Below are positions 27,883 to 37,346 of a stretch of DNA of 64,000 nucleotides, one piece after another. Numbering within the stretch: the first letter of the stretch is position 1; every line of letters begins with the position of its first letter. Source of the stretch: a virus (lineage: Duplodnaviria > Caudoviricetes); the IMG/VR virus record IMGVR_UViG_3300009873_000007, positions 9,693 through 73,692 of that record; one strand, 5' to 3'. A program made the translations under genes and the position numbers. The notes beneath the pieces were generated by a model that made no database searches, was not told where the DNA came from, and worked only from the letters and a program-made list of their open reading frames with translations.

Positions 27883-30800
27883 GTGACAACTTATTGGATT
27901 GCCCCTCCGACGCACGCTACCACCCCCGGCAATGATTCTACCGGCAACGGCAGCAACGCTACCCCGTGGGCGACCTTTGCCAAAGCCATCACGGTGCTAG
28001 TCGCTGGTGACACGCTCAAGGTCAAAGCCGGCACATACACCCCTGCCGCCAAAGTTGAATTTAAGATCAACGGCACATCCTCCGGTAATCCTGTGGTTGT
28101 GGAAGCCGACGATCCCACCAACAAGCCGACTGTTGATGGTCAATACAACATTCCGCCAGATGACGACCCAGAGGCCGGCTATACCTCCACAAACGGGACT
28201 CGCGGTTTGTTTGGCGGCTTAATCACCATTCGCACCTCCTATTTCACCTGGCGCAATATCAATGTCAAGCGGTCGCAAGGTCGTGGATTCAATGTGTACG
28301 GCTCTCCATCCTCGCGCATCACAAATATCGTGATAGAAGATTGTGAAATACAGAAAAGCCGTACAAATAATGTTGCGATTCAGGATGCAAACTATGTAAC
28401 CGTTCGCCGCAACCACTCGCATCACTCGTGCGATTATCTCGAAGGTTTGACCAATTCCATTAGTCCCGACGACAAATGGTGTGCCTCCATCAAAGGCATC
28501 AAGATGGGCAATATCACCTTCGAGTATAACCATGTCCACACGGGCTGGGGCGAAGGGATGATCTTCGGGCCAGGGAGTGAGAATTGCACAAGCCGCTACA
28601 ATCTCATTTACAACACGGCAAGCGGCAAAATGTATGTGCAACGTGGAACCGGCCATCGCATTTATGGCAACCTTATTTATGACACTCGTGATAACGAGGT
28701 ACACAAAGGTGCATCCGGTTCTACCGGCATGTCGGTGCGTAACGAGGCTGGCAGCGAAGGCACACCGATTGATGATGTGTGGTTCTACAATAACATCAGC
28801 ATCGGCAACAGTTACAATTTTACGCTAGGTGGATCGCAGGGCGGCTCAGAGGAAGCTGTAACTGGCGTCAAAGTATGGCATAACATTTTTGTCAATGCCA
28901 TATTGCCGGGAACACGTCCGTTTGCTGCACTATCTATCACAGGCAATACCTACATTGTCGATTGTGAATTTGTCAATAACATCATCTGGCAGCCAGATCA
29001 CGAGTATTGCAATCGCAACAGTCTACCGAATAATCCAGATGGTACGCCAGCGGATTTAGATTTTCGTGACAATGCCTGGGATAGTGCTAGTGGTGATGTC
29101 CCTGCGTGGTTGCGAGACGGCAATGATGATTACAGCATTAGCTTGTTTGCACCAAATACCGCATTGACGCCAGGCACGACAGCTTACAATAACTATCGAC
29201 CAACGACTGATTATATCGGTGAAACAATAGCCGGTGTCACCACGGATTTCCTGGGTGAGCTACGAGCGACGTATTTCAAGGGCGGGCTGCCGAGTGGTAA
29301 CAATGTCACACCACCGCCAGCCTCTACCGGTCTAGTACGTGCCGGCGTGACCTACAATACGGTAGGTCAAGCGACCGGCACAGTTGATCACACCGATTCG
29401 ACTGGTATGGCAGGCGAGACGCCATCGGCGGCGCTAGTGTTTGCTTCGCATGCTACAAGCGCCGGTAGTGTGGCGCAATTCGCTCGTCTGTCTGTGGGTG
29501 TCTATGCGACCGGTCAGGCTGTGGGTACAATCCGGCTTCGTGATGCTGTAGGGACAGCCGCTAACCACACGTCGGGCTCTACATCAGCACTCGTGCAACT
29601 TCGCCACAACAGCACGACGGCGGTTGACCACCAGCAAGAAGCTGATGCTTTTATTGCCAACGGTCTACGCACCACACGAACCGTACTGCCATCAATGGAT
29701 GCTGGTACGATTACGGCATTGTTTGGCGGTACTGCGTTCCGTGCGCAATCCGGTACGGTGACTTGCTCAAGCAGTAATGGCGGCACTGCTACGATCTCAC
29801 TGCCGTGGACGCCATCAATATTGTTTTTGTTCTGTACGAATACCGACTTCGCCGGTACTAACTCTAGTGGCGGCGCTATGATGTCGCATGGTGTGGCGAC
29901 GGGAACAGGTGCACAGTTCGCATTGTCGTTCTACGCATCCACAGCTATCAATAGTGAGGCGACGGCATATTTAACCAATGCCAGCATCGGGTATAACGCA
30001 GCAAATTCACAAACTCATACGATCACGACCTGGGGTGCAAGCACTGTTCTCACCACTGGCGGCACAACCGGCACACGCATCTATGAGTATTTGGCGTTGG
30101 AAGTGACGGGCGCTGCGGTCTATGCGGGAACATTCAGCAGCCGTACAACCACAGGCAGTCAGACACTATCCGGGCCAAACTTTGAACCTGCCATCTGCGG
30201 CACATTTATGTCGCTTGTGGATGCGTTGAACACGAGCAAAACTGATGCGCAGGCCGGTGCAATGGCGGTCAGTGTGTTTACCGCCGATGCCGAGGAATCA
30301 ATCGCCTTTAGCTATCAGGATAACGTTGCCACGACCAACAGCGGCACGGTGTACGATGCCAAAGCCATCAATATCATGCAGCATGATCAGAGTGCGGGCA
30401 TCACAGCCACATTAACGAGCATGGGCGGCACTGGCCCAGTGCTGGATTACACTGCGGTGCTCGGTTCCGCCCGCTATGGCATCCTGTGGGCCATTGAGGC
30501 GCAGAATGTAACGAGTATCGTTAAGCTCGTGCCAGAGGTGTTGAGGTTGATTGACAACACTAGCCGCCGCATGGCGATGTGGAGGTTGAAAACCGAAACA
30601 CTCAATCTTGTCGAGTCTGTGCGCAACGTGCGAGGGTTAAGCCGGGTTGCCAGTGAGGTATTGAATCTCGTGGAATCCGTTAGCTATCTGTATGGTGCGG
30701 TAAAAGTCATCAGCGAGGTATTGAATCTCGTTGAAGGTGTGATTCCGCATCGCAAATTGCGCCAGGTGATTATCGAGATTCTCAATTTTCACGAAACGGT

Positions 30801-31131
30801 ACTTCCACGCCGGGGATTCGCACGAATTATCAATGAGACGCTGAATCTCGTAGAGGGCAATATCGGCAAGAAACTATTGCTGATGATCATCAATGAGGTG
30901 CTAGACCTGGCAGAGTCAATTGTTCCGGCTCGTGCAATTCGACGTGTAATCAACGAGGGTCTTTTGCTTGATGAATCCATCCGGCGCATCCGTGGATTAA
31001 AAGAGATCATCAGCGAAACGCTGAATCTGTCTGAAATCACCGACAAGATCAAGAACTTTACCGTGATTCGCAGCATCATTCGCATCGCCGGCAACGTGAC
31101 ACGGCGCATCCGGCTAGGGGGCCGCCTATGA
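27883..31131 (+). CDS. Large fibre/depolymerase: parallel beta-helix, Thr/Gly-rich middle, basic 20-aa repeats
   Basis: GNDSTGNGS..PWATFAKA...GDTLKVKAGTY beta-helix start; Asn-rich coils; I(N/S)ExLNLxE repeats. Confidence 0.8.
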   Translation: MTTYWIAPPTHATTPGNDSTGNGSNATPWATFAKAITVLVAGDTLKVKAGTYTPAAKVEFKINGTSSGNPVVVEADDPTNKPTVDGQYNIPPDDDPEAGYTSTNGTRGLFGGLITIRTSYFTWRNINVKRSQGRGFNVYGSPSSRITNIVIEDCEIQKSRTNNVAIQDANYVTVRRNHSHHSCDYLEGLTNSISPDDKWCASIKGIKMGNITFEYNHVHTGWGEGMIFGPGSENCTSRYNLIYNTASGKMYVQRGTGHRIYGNLIYDTRDNEVHKGASGSTGMSVRNEAGSEGTPIDDVWFYNNISIGNSYNFTLGGSQGGSEEAVTGVKVWHNIFVNAILPGTRPFAALSITGNTYIVDCEFVNNIIWQPDHEYCNRNSLPNNPDGTPADLDFRDNAWDSASGDVPAWLRDGNDDYSISLFAPNTALTPGTTAYNNYRPTTDYIGETIAGVTTDFLGELRATYFKGGLPSGNNVTPPPASTGLVRAGVTYNTVGQATGTVDHTDSTGMAGETPSAALVFASHATSAGSVAQFARLSVGVYATGQAVGTIRLRDAVGTAANHTSGSTSALVQLRHNSTTAVDHQQEADAFIANGLRTTRTVLPSMDAGTITALFGGTAFRAQSGTVTCSSSNGGTATISLPWTPSILFLFCTNTDFAGTNSSGGAMMSHGVATGTGAQFALSFYASTAINSEATAYLTNASIGYNAANSQTHTITTWGASTVLTTGGTTGTRIYEYLALEVTGAAVYAGTFSSRTTTGSQTLSGPNFEPAICGTFMSLVDALNTSKTDAQAGAMAVSVFTADAEESIAFSYQDNVATTNSGTVYDAKAINIMQHDQSAGITATLTSMGGTGPVLDYTAVLGSARYGILWAIEAQNVTSIVKLVPEVLRLIDNTSRRMAMWRLKTETLNLVESVRNVRGLSRVASEVLNLVESVSYLYGAVKVISEVLNLVEGVIPHRKLRQVIIEILNFHETVLPRRGFARIINETLNLVEGNIGKKLLLMIINEVLDLAESIVPARAIRRVINEGLLLDESIRRIRGLKEIISETLNLSEITDKIKNFTVIRSIIRIAGNVTRRIRLGGRL

Positions 31132-31751
31132 CGGCAACTGCACAGAATTTTGCATTTTACCAGGGTGAGACGAAAACGTTGGAGGTGCTTGTCACCGATG
31201 GCGATAATGAGAATGCGCCGTTTTCACTGACCAACGTAATCGAAATCGACTGGGGTGCATGGGTTGACATCAACACTCGCATCCTCACCAAAAAATTGAC
31301 GCTAGGCGCACCGGATAATATTGTTCGGTTTAGTTCTGCCGGTACAGATGATGCGCTGCGAATGAATTTCACCGTTACCGATACGCAAATCCTGAACGGT
31401 GATTACTACCACGAATGTCGCATTATCGATAGTAGCGGTAATCAAGACGTAATTTTCATCGGCACAATGACGATTGGTGACAGTCGCACGGTGCAACCAT
31501 CGATGCTCGGTTCGGAGACTATCACGGTTACGGAAGCGGTAACAGTATCGGTGCAAGCGACCTCCACACCGTCTATCAGCGTGAGTGATAGCGTAACAGT
31601 GACGGAAGCGGTAACGCTGATGATTGAATCATACATCGTTGTAAGCGATGGCGTGAGCGTGGCCGAGTTGATTGAGTTGATCCTGGTGTCACTGGCGAAT
31701 GTGAGTGAGTCGATTACGTTGGCCGAGGAAGTGACGGTGGCGATTGAGTAA
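31128..31751 (+). CDS. BppU-like adaptor with three acidic repeats
   Basis: FYQGETKTLEVLVTD...YYHECRI; C-terminal SVSDSVTVTEAV repeats. Confidence 0.65.
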   Translation: MTATAQNFAFYQGETKTLEVLVTDGDNENAPFSLTNVIEIDWGAWVDINTRILTKKLTLGAPDNIVRFSSAGTDDALRMNFTVTDTQILNGDYYHECRIIDSSGNQDVIFIGTMTIGDSRTVQPSMLGSETITVTEAVTVSVQATSTPSISVSDSVTVTEAVTLMIESYIVVSDGVSVAELIELILVSLANVSESITLAEEVTVAIE

Positions 31752-31888
31752 ATTGTTTAGAACACTGACAGGATTGCTGCTGTACTGGTGCGATCCCGTC
31801 TTTCGCAAAATGGTAGACAACAAACGAAAAAACGTTGAAACGATTCAGCGTGGCGAGAGTGTATTAGCAGTCAAGAGGAGCAACGGCA

Positions 31889-32521
31889 ATGTTTCTAAAA
31901 TTGAAATCGGCGGCGCTTGAACACTACCGGCGCACTTATCCACAATACTGGCTGGATTGTCTGGTTGACCGGATTATGAAGGATGTACGCAATCAGCGTG
32001 CGAAATTTGACGGTGTGCGATTGACATTCGGCCAGGTGTTGGCGGTCAAACGCCATGCGTATCTCGATTTGGAGTTGGTGATTCCCGGCCTAAACATCGT
32101 CACCAACAATGGCGATCTGTACTATGCTCAGATGGCCGCTGGCGAGTCGCCTGCATCCACAATCGACTACGATGGTAGTAATGGTGGCTTGCGCCTCGGT
32201 AGCGGATCAACATCACCGACTAAGACGAGCAACGATGTGACAACGTTTCTTGCTGGTACAGGTCATGCGTTGGATGCGACCTACGAGAAAACCAACGATG
32301 GTGATAGCGATAATACCGGCGCTGCTACCGATACGGTGACGTGGCGATACTCATACACCACATCGGAAGGCAATGTCAGCGGCATCAATGAGGGAGCGAT
32401 TGTCGATAATCGCACTACGCCAAACACGGCATTGACGCATTTTCTCTTTGCTGCAACATTCCAGAAAACGAGTTCAGACACCCTGAAGTGCTTCGCCAAT
32501 CATAATTATTTGGGAGTCTAG
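31889..32521 (+). CDS. Tail-collar/fibre-base-like protein
   Basis: NIVTNNG...LRLGSGSTSP...GNVSGINEGAI pattern; similar to 12741-13253. Confidence 0.55.
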   Translation: MFLKLKSAALEHYRRTYPQYWLDCLVDRIMKDVRNQRAKFDGVRLTFGQVLAVKRHAYLDLELVIPGLNIVTNNGDLYYAQMAAGESPASTIDYDGSNGGLRLGSGSTSPTKTSNDVTTFLAGTGHALDATYEKTNDGDSDNTGAATDTVTWRYSYTTSEGNVSGINEGAIVDNRTTPNTALTHFLFAATFQKTSSDTLKCFANHNYLGV

Positions 32522-32586
32522 TCTTATTGCATAAATAAAAAATTATGCAATATAAATTGTAAGAGGATTGTGACACAACCGCAACC

Positions 32587-33078
32587 ATGAATCTCACCAT
32601 CACCGGCCCAACCGATCCATTCGCCGCCCTGCGTCAGTTCTTTGCGAGGCTCGAACGTCCCGGCAATGGTGAGATTCGCCAGGTTGCTACTGCTATAGCG
32701 CAGGGTCATCAGGCGAATTTTAGCGGTGAGCGTAGCGGCAGCGGCGAAGCATGGGCAGAACTGTCACGAGTAACGGTGCTGGAGCGTGTGCAACAAGGCT
32801 ACCCCGGCGCACATCCGATCCTGAGACGGTCGGGGCGTCTACGTGATAGCCTTGTCAATCCTGCGCATCCTGACCACTACCAGGCGATGAATCGTGCCGC
32901 CGATGGATGGTCGCTAGAGGTTGGAACGAATGTTGATTATGCGTTGGAACTAGAGATCGGTGAAGGTCGAATGCCAGCTAGACCGTTTACCGGCCTGTCT
33001 GACGATGCGGAAAATCGAATTGTGACCGTACTGGAACACGTTATCGACCAGGCGAGACAACGTTATTTGAGGAAATAG
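32587..33078 (+). CDS. Phage virion morphogenesis protein (Mu gpG-like)
   Basis: WAELS, ILRRSGRLRDSL, VGTNVDYA, MPARPFTG motifs. Confidence 0.85.
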   Translation: MNLTITGPTDPFAALRQFFARLERPGNGEIRQVATAIAQGHQANFSGERSGSGEAWAELSRVTVLERVQQGYPGAHPILRRSGRLRDSLVNPAHPDHYQAMNRAADGWSLEVGTNVDYALELEIGEGRMPARPFTGLSDDAENRIVTVLEHVIDQARQRYLRK

Positions 33079-36000
33079 TGCCAGATCAAAGACTCCTTTA
33101 CACCGTTGCGCTGAGTGTGGGTAACGCTCAGGCTGAACTAAATAAACTGACACAGATTGTGCAACGCACCAATGCGCAACTCGCCAATCAGCCAGCGGCT
33201 CGTGCAATAGCGACGGGTGCGATTGAGGCTGAACGACGACTAACGGCTACTACCAGAGCAGAAGCACAATCACGGATAGCAGCAGCACGGGCAGAGGCGA
33301 ACGAACGGACACAACAAGCACGGGCGGCGGCAGAAGGTGTCATCCAACAAGAGCGCAGAATCACACAACAGGCGGTAGCCGAAGCACGTCAGCGAGCGCA
33401 GGCGCAACGAGCGCCAACAGTGGCGTCCACACCACCACCAGGGGGTACGGGTGGTGGGCTAGGGCTTGGTGGCGCTGTGCTTGGTGGTTTAGCTGGCTAT
33501 GCGACCATTCAGGGCGTACAAGAGATTGGCCGGCAAGCGATTGCTCTATCCGAGCTTGGCACACAGGCTAATCGTGCTGAGGCTGGATTTCGTATTCTAT
33601 CTGGCGGTGCTACTGAAGCCGCCAGGCGCATCCGTGCTATCCAAGAGGCGGCAGGCGGTACAATTGATTCACTGACCGCAATGCAGGTTGGCAATCAGGC
33701 CATTGCACTGGGACTCGCTAAAACAACATCTGAATTTGGCAAGCTGACCACAGCGGCCAGAGCCGTGGCGCTTGTATCGCCAATCATCCACGATGTACAA
33801 GGCGCAATGGCCGAACTTGGTTTGGCGGCTGCAAACCTATCATTTCGGCGCTTGGATCAGCTAGGGTTATCGGTTGGCGAAGTCAAAGATCGCATGGCCG
33901 AATTGCAAGCCGAAAATGCCAACCTGGATGATTCGCAGGCGTTTTTGGCGGCCAGCGTTGACATTTTAAATACCAAATATGGCGCTCTATTGCAGAGCAC
34001 CGAAGCGCAAGCGTCTGGTTTTGAACGACTGAAAGTTGCCATCCAAGAGGCGAGATTGGCGCTGGCTGAAGGGCCTGTTGGTGGTGGCATTGATGCGCTG
34101 TTGGGCGGCCTTGTGCCAACCGTGGAAGCTATCGGCGGCACACCAGGCGAAGCGGTCGTCAACTGGAAACTATTGCTTGGTATTAGCGACCTGGAAGATA
34201 ACATTGAACGCATCAAGACGTTGATTGACCCGAAAGGGTTATCGTCTGTACTTGAACAAGGGCTACGTTTTGCTACCGGCAACCAGGTAAATCAGCAACA
34301 ATTGCTAGAGGTGGTGAATGTCACTGAGCAGTACAACGCTGCTATTGAACGTGGTGTGCCAGGGTTGGAGGGTTATCGGGTAGCACTAGCAGCTATCGCA
34401 GAACAGGCATCACGCACTGGTAGCCTGACCGCCGAAAATCAGGTTGCGCTCGATGCGCTTTCTCTTTCCATCTCTCAGGCAGAATCCGCTTACAACAGAC
34501 TAAATAGTGCTAATGTTGATGTCAACCTTGAAGCCTTCGAGGGACTAGACGATCTTTCCAAGCGCATCACTGACGCTTTTACCGCCGCCGATGCCGCTGT
34601 ACGTGCCGGCATTCCTGGCGCTGAGGAGTACCGTAGTGCAATTTCGCAACTAGCCGCCGATATTGCCAGCGGTACAGGCACAATGGAGGAGCAATCAGCG
34701 GCGCTAGGTGAGTTAGAAAGCTGGCTCACATTTGCCGGTGATGCGTCTAATCTCCTCACACAAGCGCAAGGCGGCACGGCTAACGCATCTGGCATCATGG
34801 GATCATCGGCGTTGGATGCTGCACAACTCATCTCAATGCTTGGTGATGAGTCGCTGACCTCTGCGGAAAAGGTCAACATCCTGCGGGCGGCGCTGGCTGG
34901 CGTTTCTGCGTTACAGGGACAATTCGACGCTGCACGTAGACAAGCGGATGCAGCGGTGCTCGGTGCGTCAAAATCGTTGATTGACATTGGCGGCGATCCA
35001 TTTGCCTATTTACGCCAAAATCAAATCAGCGATACGCAGATTAAACAGCTACAGGCGCAATATCCCGATCCTAAAGAGTTTCAGCTTGCACTAGCACAAC
35101 AAATTGAAATGAGTACCGCTGGCGCTGAGGCGCAAATCGAAGCCGTGCGGGAATCCGAACGAGCCATGAAACGGGCAGCATCGGAATCCGAAAAAGCATT
35201 CAAAAAGGCCGCACAAGCTGCTGAGGATGCTTGGCAGGATGCCGCCAGTTCGCTGCAACGTGGGTTGGAAACAACACCAGGACTATTTGGCTCATCAAAA
35301 GTCACACAGGAACAATTAACACTGGCCGAAGGTGGCATACCGCAGAACTTTGCCGATAATTTTATCCGTCGCCTTGAAGCCGAGATCAACGAAAAGAAAG
35401 ATTTATTCCCCGATGTCTCACTCGACAAAGCACGAGAGGCGCTATCTCGTGTGGGTATCATCCCTGGCGAAACTGTGGAAGCCACGCTGATCCAGTTACG
35501 CCAAGCCTGGGAGAATAGCGCATTGTTTGCGCATCCGGCGAACCTTGAGTTAATCGACCAAGCGGCGGTCAAAGAGAATTTGGCGTTGCAGGAAAAAGCC
35601 GAGCAGGGCCGCAAAAACATCTATCAATTTTTCGCCAGCACGATTGATGCAGCGTTGAAACCATTTTTACCAGGTGGTGAGGGGTTGGAGAAACCTTCAG
35701 GGTTGCCAGAGGGGTACACTGTGGATGCTGATGGTAATGTGACAGCACCGCAGGGCGCATGGGCAGGCATCGATCAGGATAAATTAGAGCAGATTCAGCA
35801 ATTGCCGAACAAGATCATCGAAACAGCACTGACGCAGGTTGACCAAGCACTAGCCGGTACAGGTGGCATTGGCGGCGCTGGTGGTCTAACTGGTGGCCTA
35901 GCCGCTGGTGTGGAGGGTGCGCCGCCGATCCAGGGCTTAACTGGTGGCGTGCTAACCATCTCCACAATTGAAATAGCGCCGGATGCGTTGGAATCAGCAC

Positions 36001-36323
36001 TAGCCGGTCTATCTGGCGGCATCAATGAAGAAAATCAAGCCATGTTGGAAGGTATCGGGGACGGGATGGCACAGTTTATCGATGTCGGTCTAATCGGTTA
36101 CGACTTCGCACCGGCGGCCACATCGATTATCACGAATCTGCGCAGCGGGTTTGCGACCGAAGATAATCTTGACAAGCTCATTGGCATCGGTGACGGTTTT
36201 ATGGAGTTCATCAGGCAAGGCATGTCAGCACGAGCGGGCCGGCCAGAGTTTGCCGAGGATTTAGTCAATATTCTCGTGTCTGCTTTTGCCGAACAATTGC
36301 AGGAGGCATTAGCAAATGGCTGA
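33078..36323 (+). CDS. Tape measure protein
   Basis: 1081 aa, Ala/Gln/Leu-rich helical; upstream of tail tip genes. Confidence 0.85.
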   Translation: MPDQRLLYTVALSVGNAQAELNKLTQIVQRTNAQLANQPAARAIATGAIEAERRLTATTRAEAQSRIAAARAEANERTQQARAAAEGVIQQERRITQQAVAEARQRAQAQRAPTVASTPPPGGTGGGLGLGGAVLGGLAGYATIQGVQEIGRQAIALSELGTQANRAEAGFRILSGGATEAARRIRAIQEAAGGTIDSLTAMQVGNQAIALGLAKTTSEFGKLTTAARAVALVSPIIHDVQGAMAELGLAAANLSFRRLDQLGLSVGEVKDRMAELQAENANLDDSQAFLAASVDILNTKYGALLQSTEAQASGFERLKVAIQEARLALAEGPVGGGIDALLGGLVPTVEAIGGTPGEAVVNWKLLLGISDLEDNIERIKTLIDPKGLSSVLEQGLRFATGNQVNQQQLLEVVNVTEQYNAAIERGVPGLEGYRVALAAIAEQASRTGSLTAENQVALDALSLSISQAESAYNRLNSANVDVNLEAFEGLDDLSKRITDAFTAADAAVRAGIPGAEEYRSAISQLAADIASGTGTMEEQSAALGELESWLTFAGDASNLLTQAQGGTANASGIMGSSALDAAQLISMLGDESLTSAEKVNILRAALAGVSALQGQFDAARRQADAAVLGASKSLIDIGGDPFAYLRQNQISDTQIKQLQAQYPDPKEFQLALAQQIEMSTAGAEAQIEAVRESERAMKRAASESEKAFKKAAQAAEDAWQDAASSLQRGLETTPGLFGSSKVTQEQLTLAEGGIPQNFADNFIRRLEAEINEKKDLFPDVSLDKAREALSRVGIIPGETVEATLIQLRQAWENSALFAHPANLELIDQAAVKENLALQEKAEQGRKNIYQFFASTIDAALKPFLPGGEGLEKPSGLPEGYTVDADGNVTAPQGAWAGIDQDKLEQIQQLPNKIIETALTQVDQALAGTGGIGGAGGLTGGLAAGVEGAPPIQGLTGGVLTISTIEIAPDALESALAGLSGGINEENQAMLEGIGDGMAQFIDVGLIGYDFAPAATSIITNLRSGFATEDNLDKLIGIGDGFMEFIRQGMSARAGRPEFAEDLVNILVSAFAEQLQEALANG

Positions 36324-36708
36324 TCTTCCATTGCCGATGCAGATCGGAACATATACGCTCACACGAGTTGATGCGGCTGGTACGTATTTGTTGGGCGGTC
36401 GTGGTGATTATAAATTCGAGCCATACACGTTGACCGGGCGGCGTAATGGTCGTGGGTTGCAAGTCGCTACGGGATATGCAAAAATCGTGTGGAAGTGGAG
36501 TACATTGCCGTGGATCGACTGGCAATTCCTGGCAGGCGTGCTATTGTTGGAGCAACCATCTAGGCGATTCACGTTCGCACGATTCTACAATCAATTCAAC
36601 TCGCTGCAAACATTCTCTCATTGCATCGTCCACACGCCTACGTATGAGGGTCAGTATGGCGGCGACTTTCTCAACGTGGTGCTGAATATCGACAGGATCA
36701 TGGTATGA
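36316..36708 (+). CDS. Distal tail (Dit-like) protein
   Basis: Position after TMP; GYAKIVWKW pattern. Confidence 0.55.
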   Translation: MADLPLPMQIGTYTLTRVDAAGTYLLGGRGDYKFEPYTLTGRRNGRGLQVATGYAKIVWKWSTLPWIDWQFLAGVLLLEQPSRRFTFARFYNQFNSLQTFSHCIVHTPTYEGQYGGDFLNVVLNIDRIMV

Positions 36709-36911
36709 CCCTAGAAGAATCGTTTGCTTCAGTTCTCACGGGATTGATGGAACAGATAAAAGCCAGAAGGATGGCCGGCGATCCTGAACCTGTAATTTCT
36801 GAGTTTTGGGATACTTTCTTGTGGGAAGCGATGAAACCTAAATCGGAGATTGATACTAATGGCAACCAAACCACCAACACAGGCCGAACGCCTGTATATG
36901 CTGCTGGCTGA
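36705..36911 (+). CDS. Hypothetical protein
   Basis: ATGA overlap; 68 aa. Confidence 0.5.
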   Translation: MTLEESFASVLTGLMEQIKARRMAGDPEPVISEFWDTFLWEAMKPKSEIDTNGNQTTNTGRTPVYAAG

Positions 36912-37074
36912 TGCGTTGTGGAGTGCAGAGGGAACAGACAGCGCCGCCACGGTGCGCAATCGAGTGATGCAAGGTGTGGATGATGCCACACGCACTGAGG
37001 TGGAAGCGTTAGTCCGTGGCCGACGACTACTGTATACGCAACAGGCAACGCCAGAAAGTGCGGAAGCCGAATAG
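36859..37074 (+). CDS. Hypothetical protein
   Basis: GGAG upstream; 71 aa. Confidence 0.5.
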   Translation: MATKPPTQAERLYMLLADALWSAEGTDSAATVRNRVMQGVDDATRTEVEALVRGRRLLYTQQATPESAEAE

Positions 37075-37090
37075 GTGTGGTAGAATGAAA

Positions 37091-37260
37091 GTCGTTGCGG
37101 CCTCGACAGCGAACGCAGGCAGGTGAATACACCATCGAGGCTTACACTGGCGTCGGTGTGGATGGACACACAGGGATTGACCAACACGCAAACATCCTTT
37201 GAGGTGTACCCGTAGGTGACGGTTTCAGCAGCCTACTAGCCGGATACCGGCACGCCAGTA
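37091..37260 (+). ncRNA. Candidate structured ncRNA
   Basis: Extended -10 TGGTAGAAT at 37078-37086; stems GCCTCGA/TCGAGGC, ACTGGCGT/ACGCCAGT, AGGGAT/ATCCTT, GTAGG/CCTAC. Confidence 0.5.
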
Positions 37261-37273
37261 TAACTACATATCA

Positions 37274-37335
37274 CGCTTAGAACGTTCTCGTTGACAAAGC
37301 GACAGTATCCCATCGGGGGTATTGTCGCTTTTTTT
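37274..37335 (+). promoter_or_regulatory. Late antiterminator/terminator element, copy C
   Basis: CGCTT-AG-AACG-TTCT-CGTT-GACA-AAGCG overlapping terminator AAAGCGACAGTATCC..GGGTATTGTCGCTTT-TTTT. Confidence 0.75.
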
Positions 37336-37346
37336 GTTTCCTATGT

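Noticed and set aside
31755-31806. Possible fourth copy of the late motif (TAGAAC..TGACA plus hairpin)
   Set aside because: No CGCYT/ARGCG outer stem or inner CG stem; at best degenerate
32525-32552. AT-rich palindrome TATTGCATAA/TTATGCAATA as promoter-operator
   Set aside because: Real inverted repeat but no convincing -10 spacing or second copy; function unsupported
37160-37240. Resemblance to c-di-GMP-I riboswitch (CACACAGGG, CGCAAAC, GTAGGT)
   Set aside because: Lacks the GNRA-capped P1 and tetraloop-receptor arrangement; only short word matches
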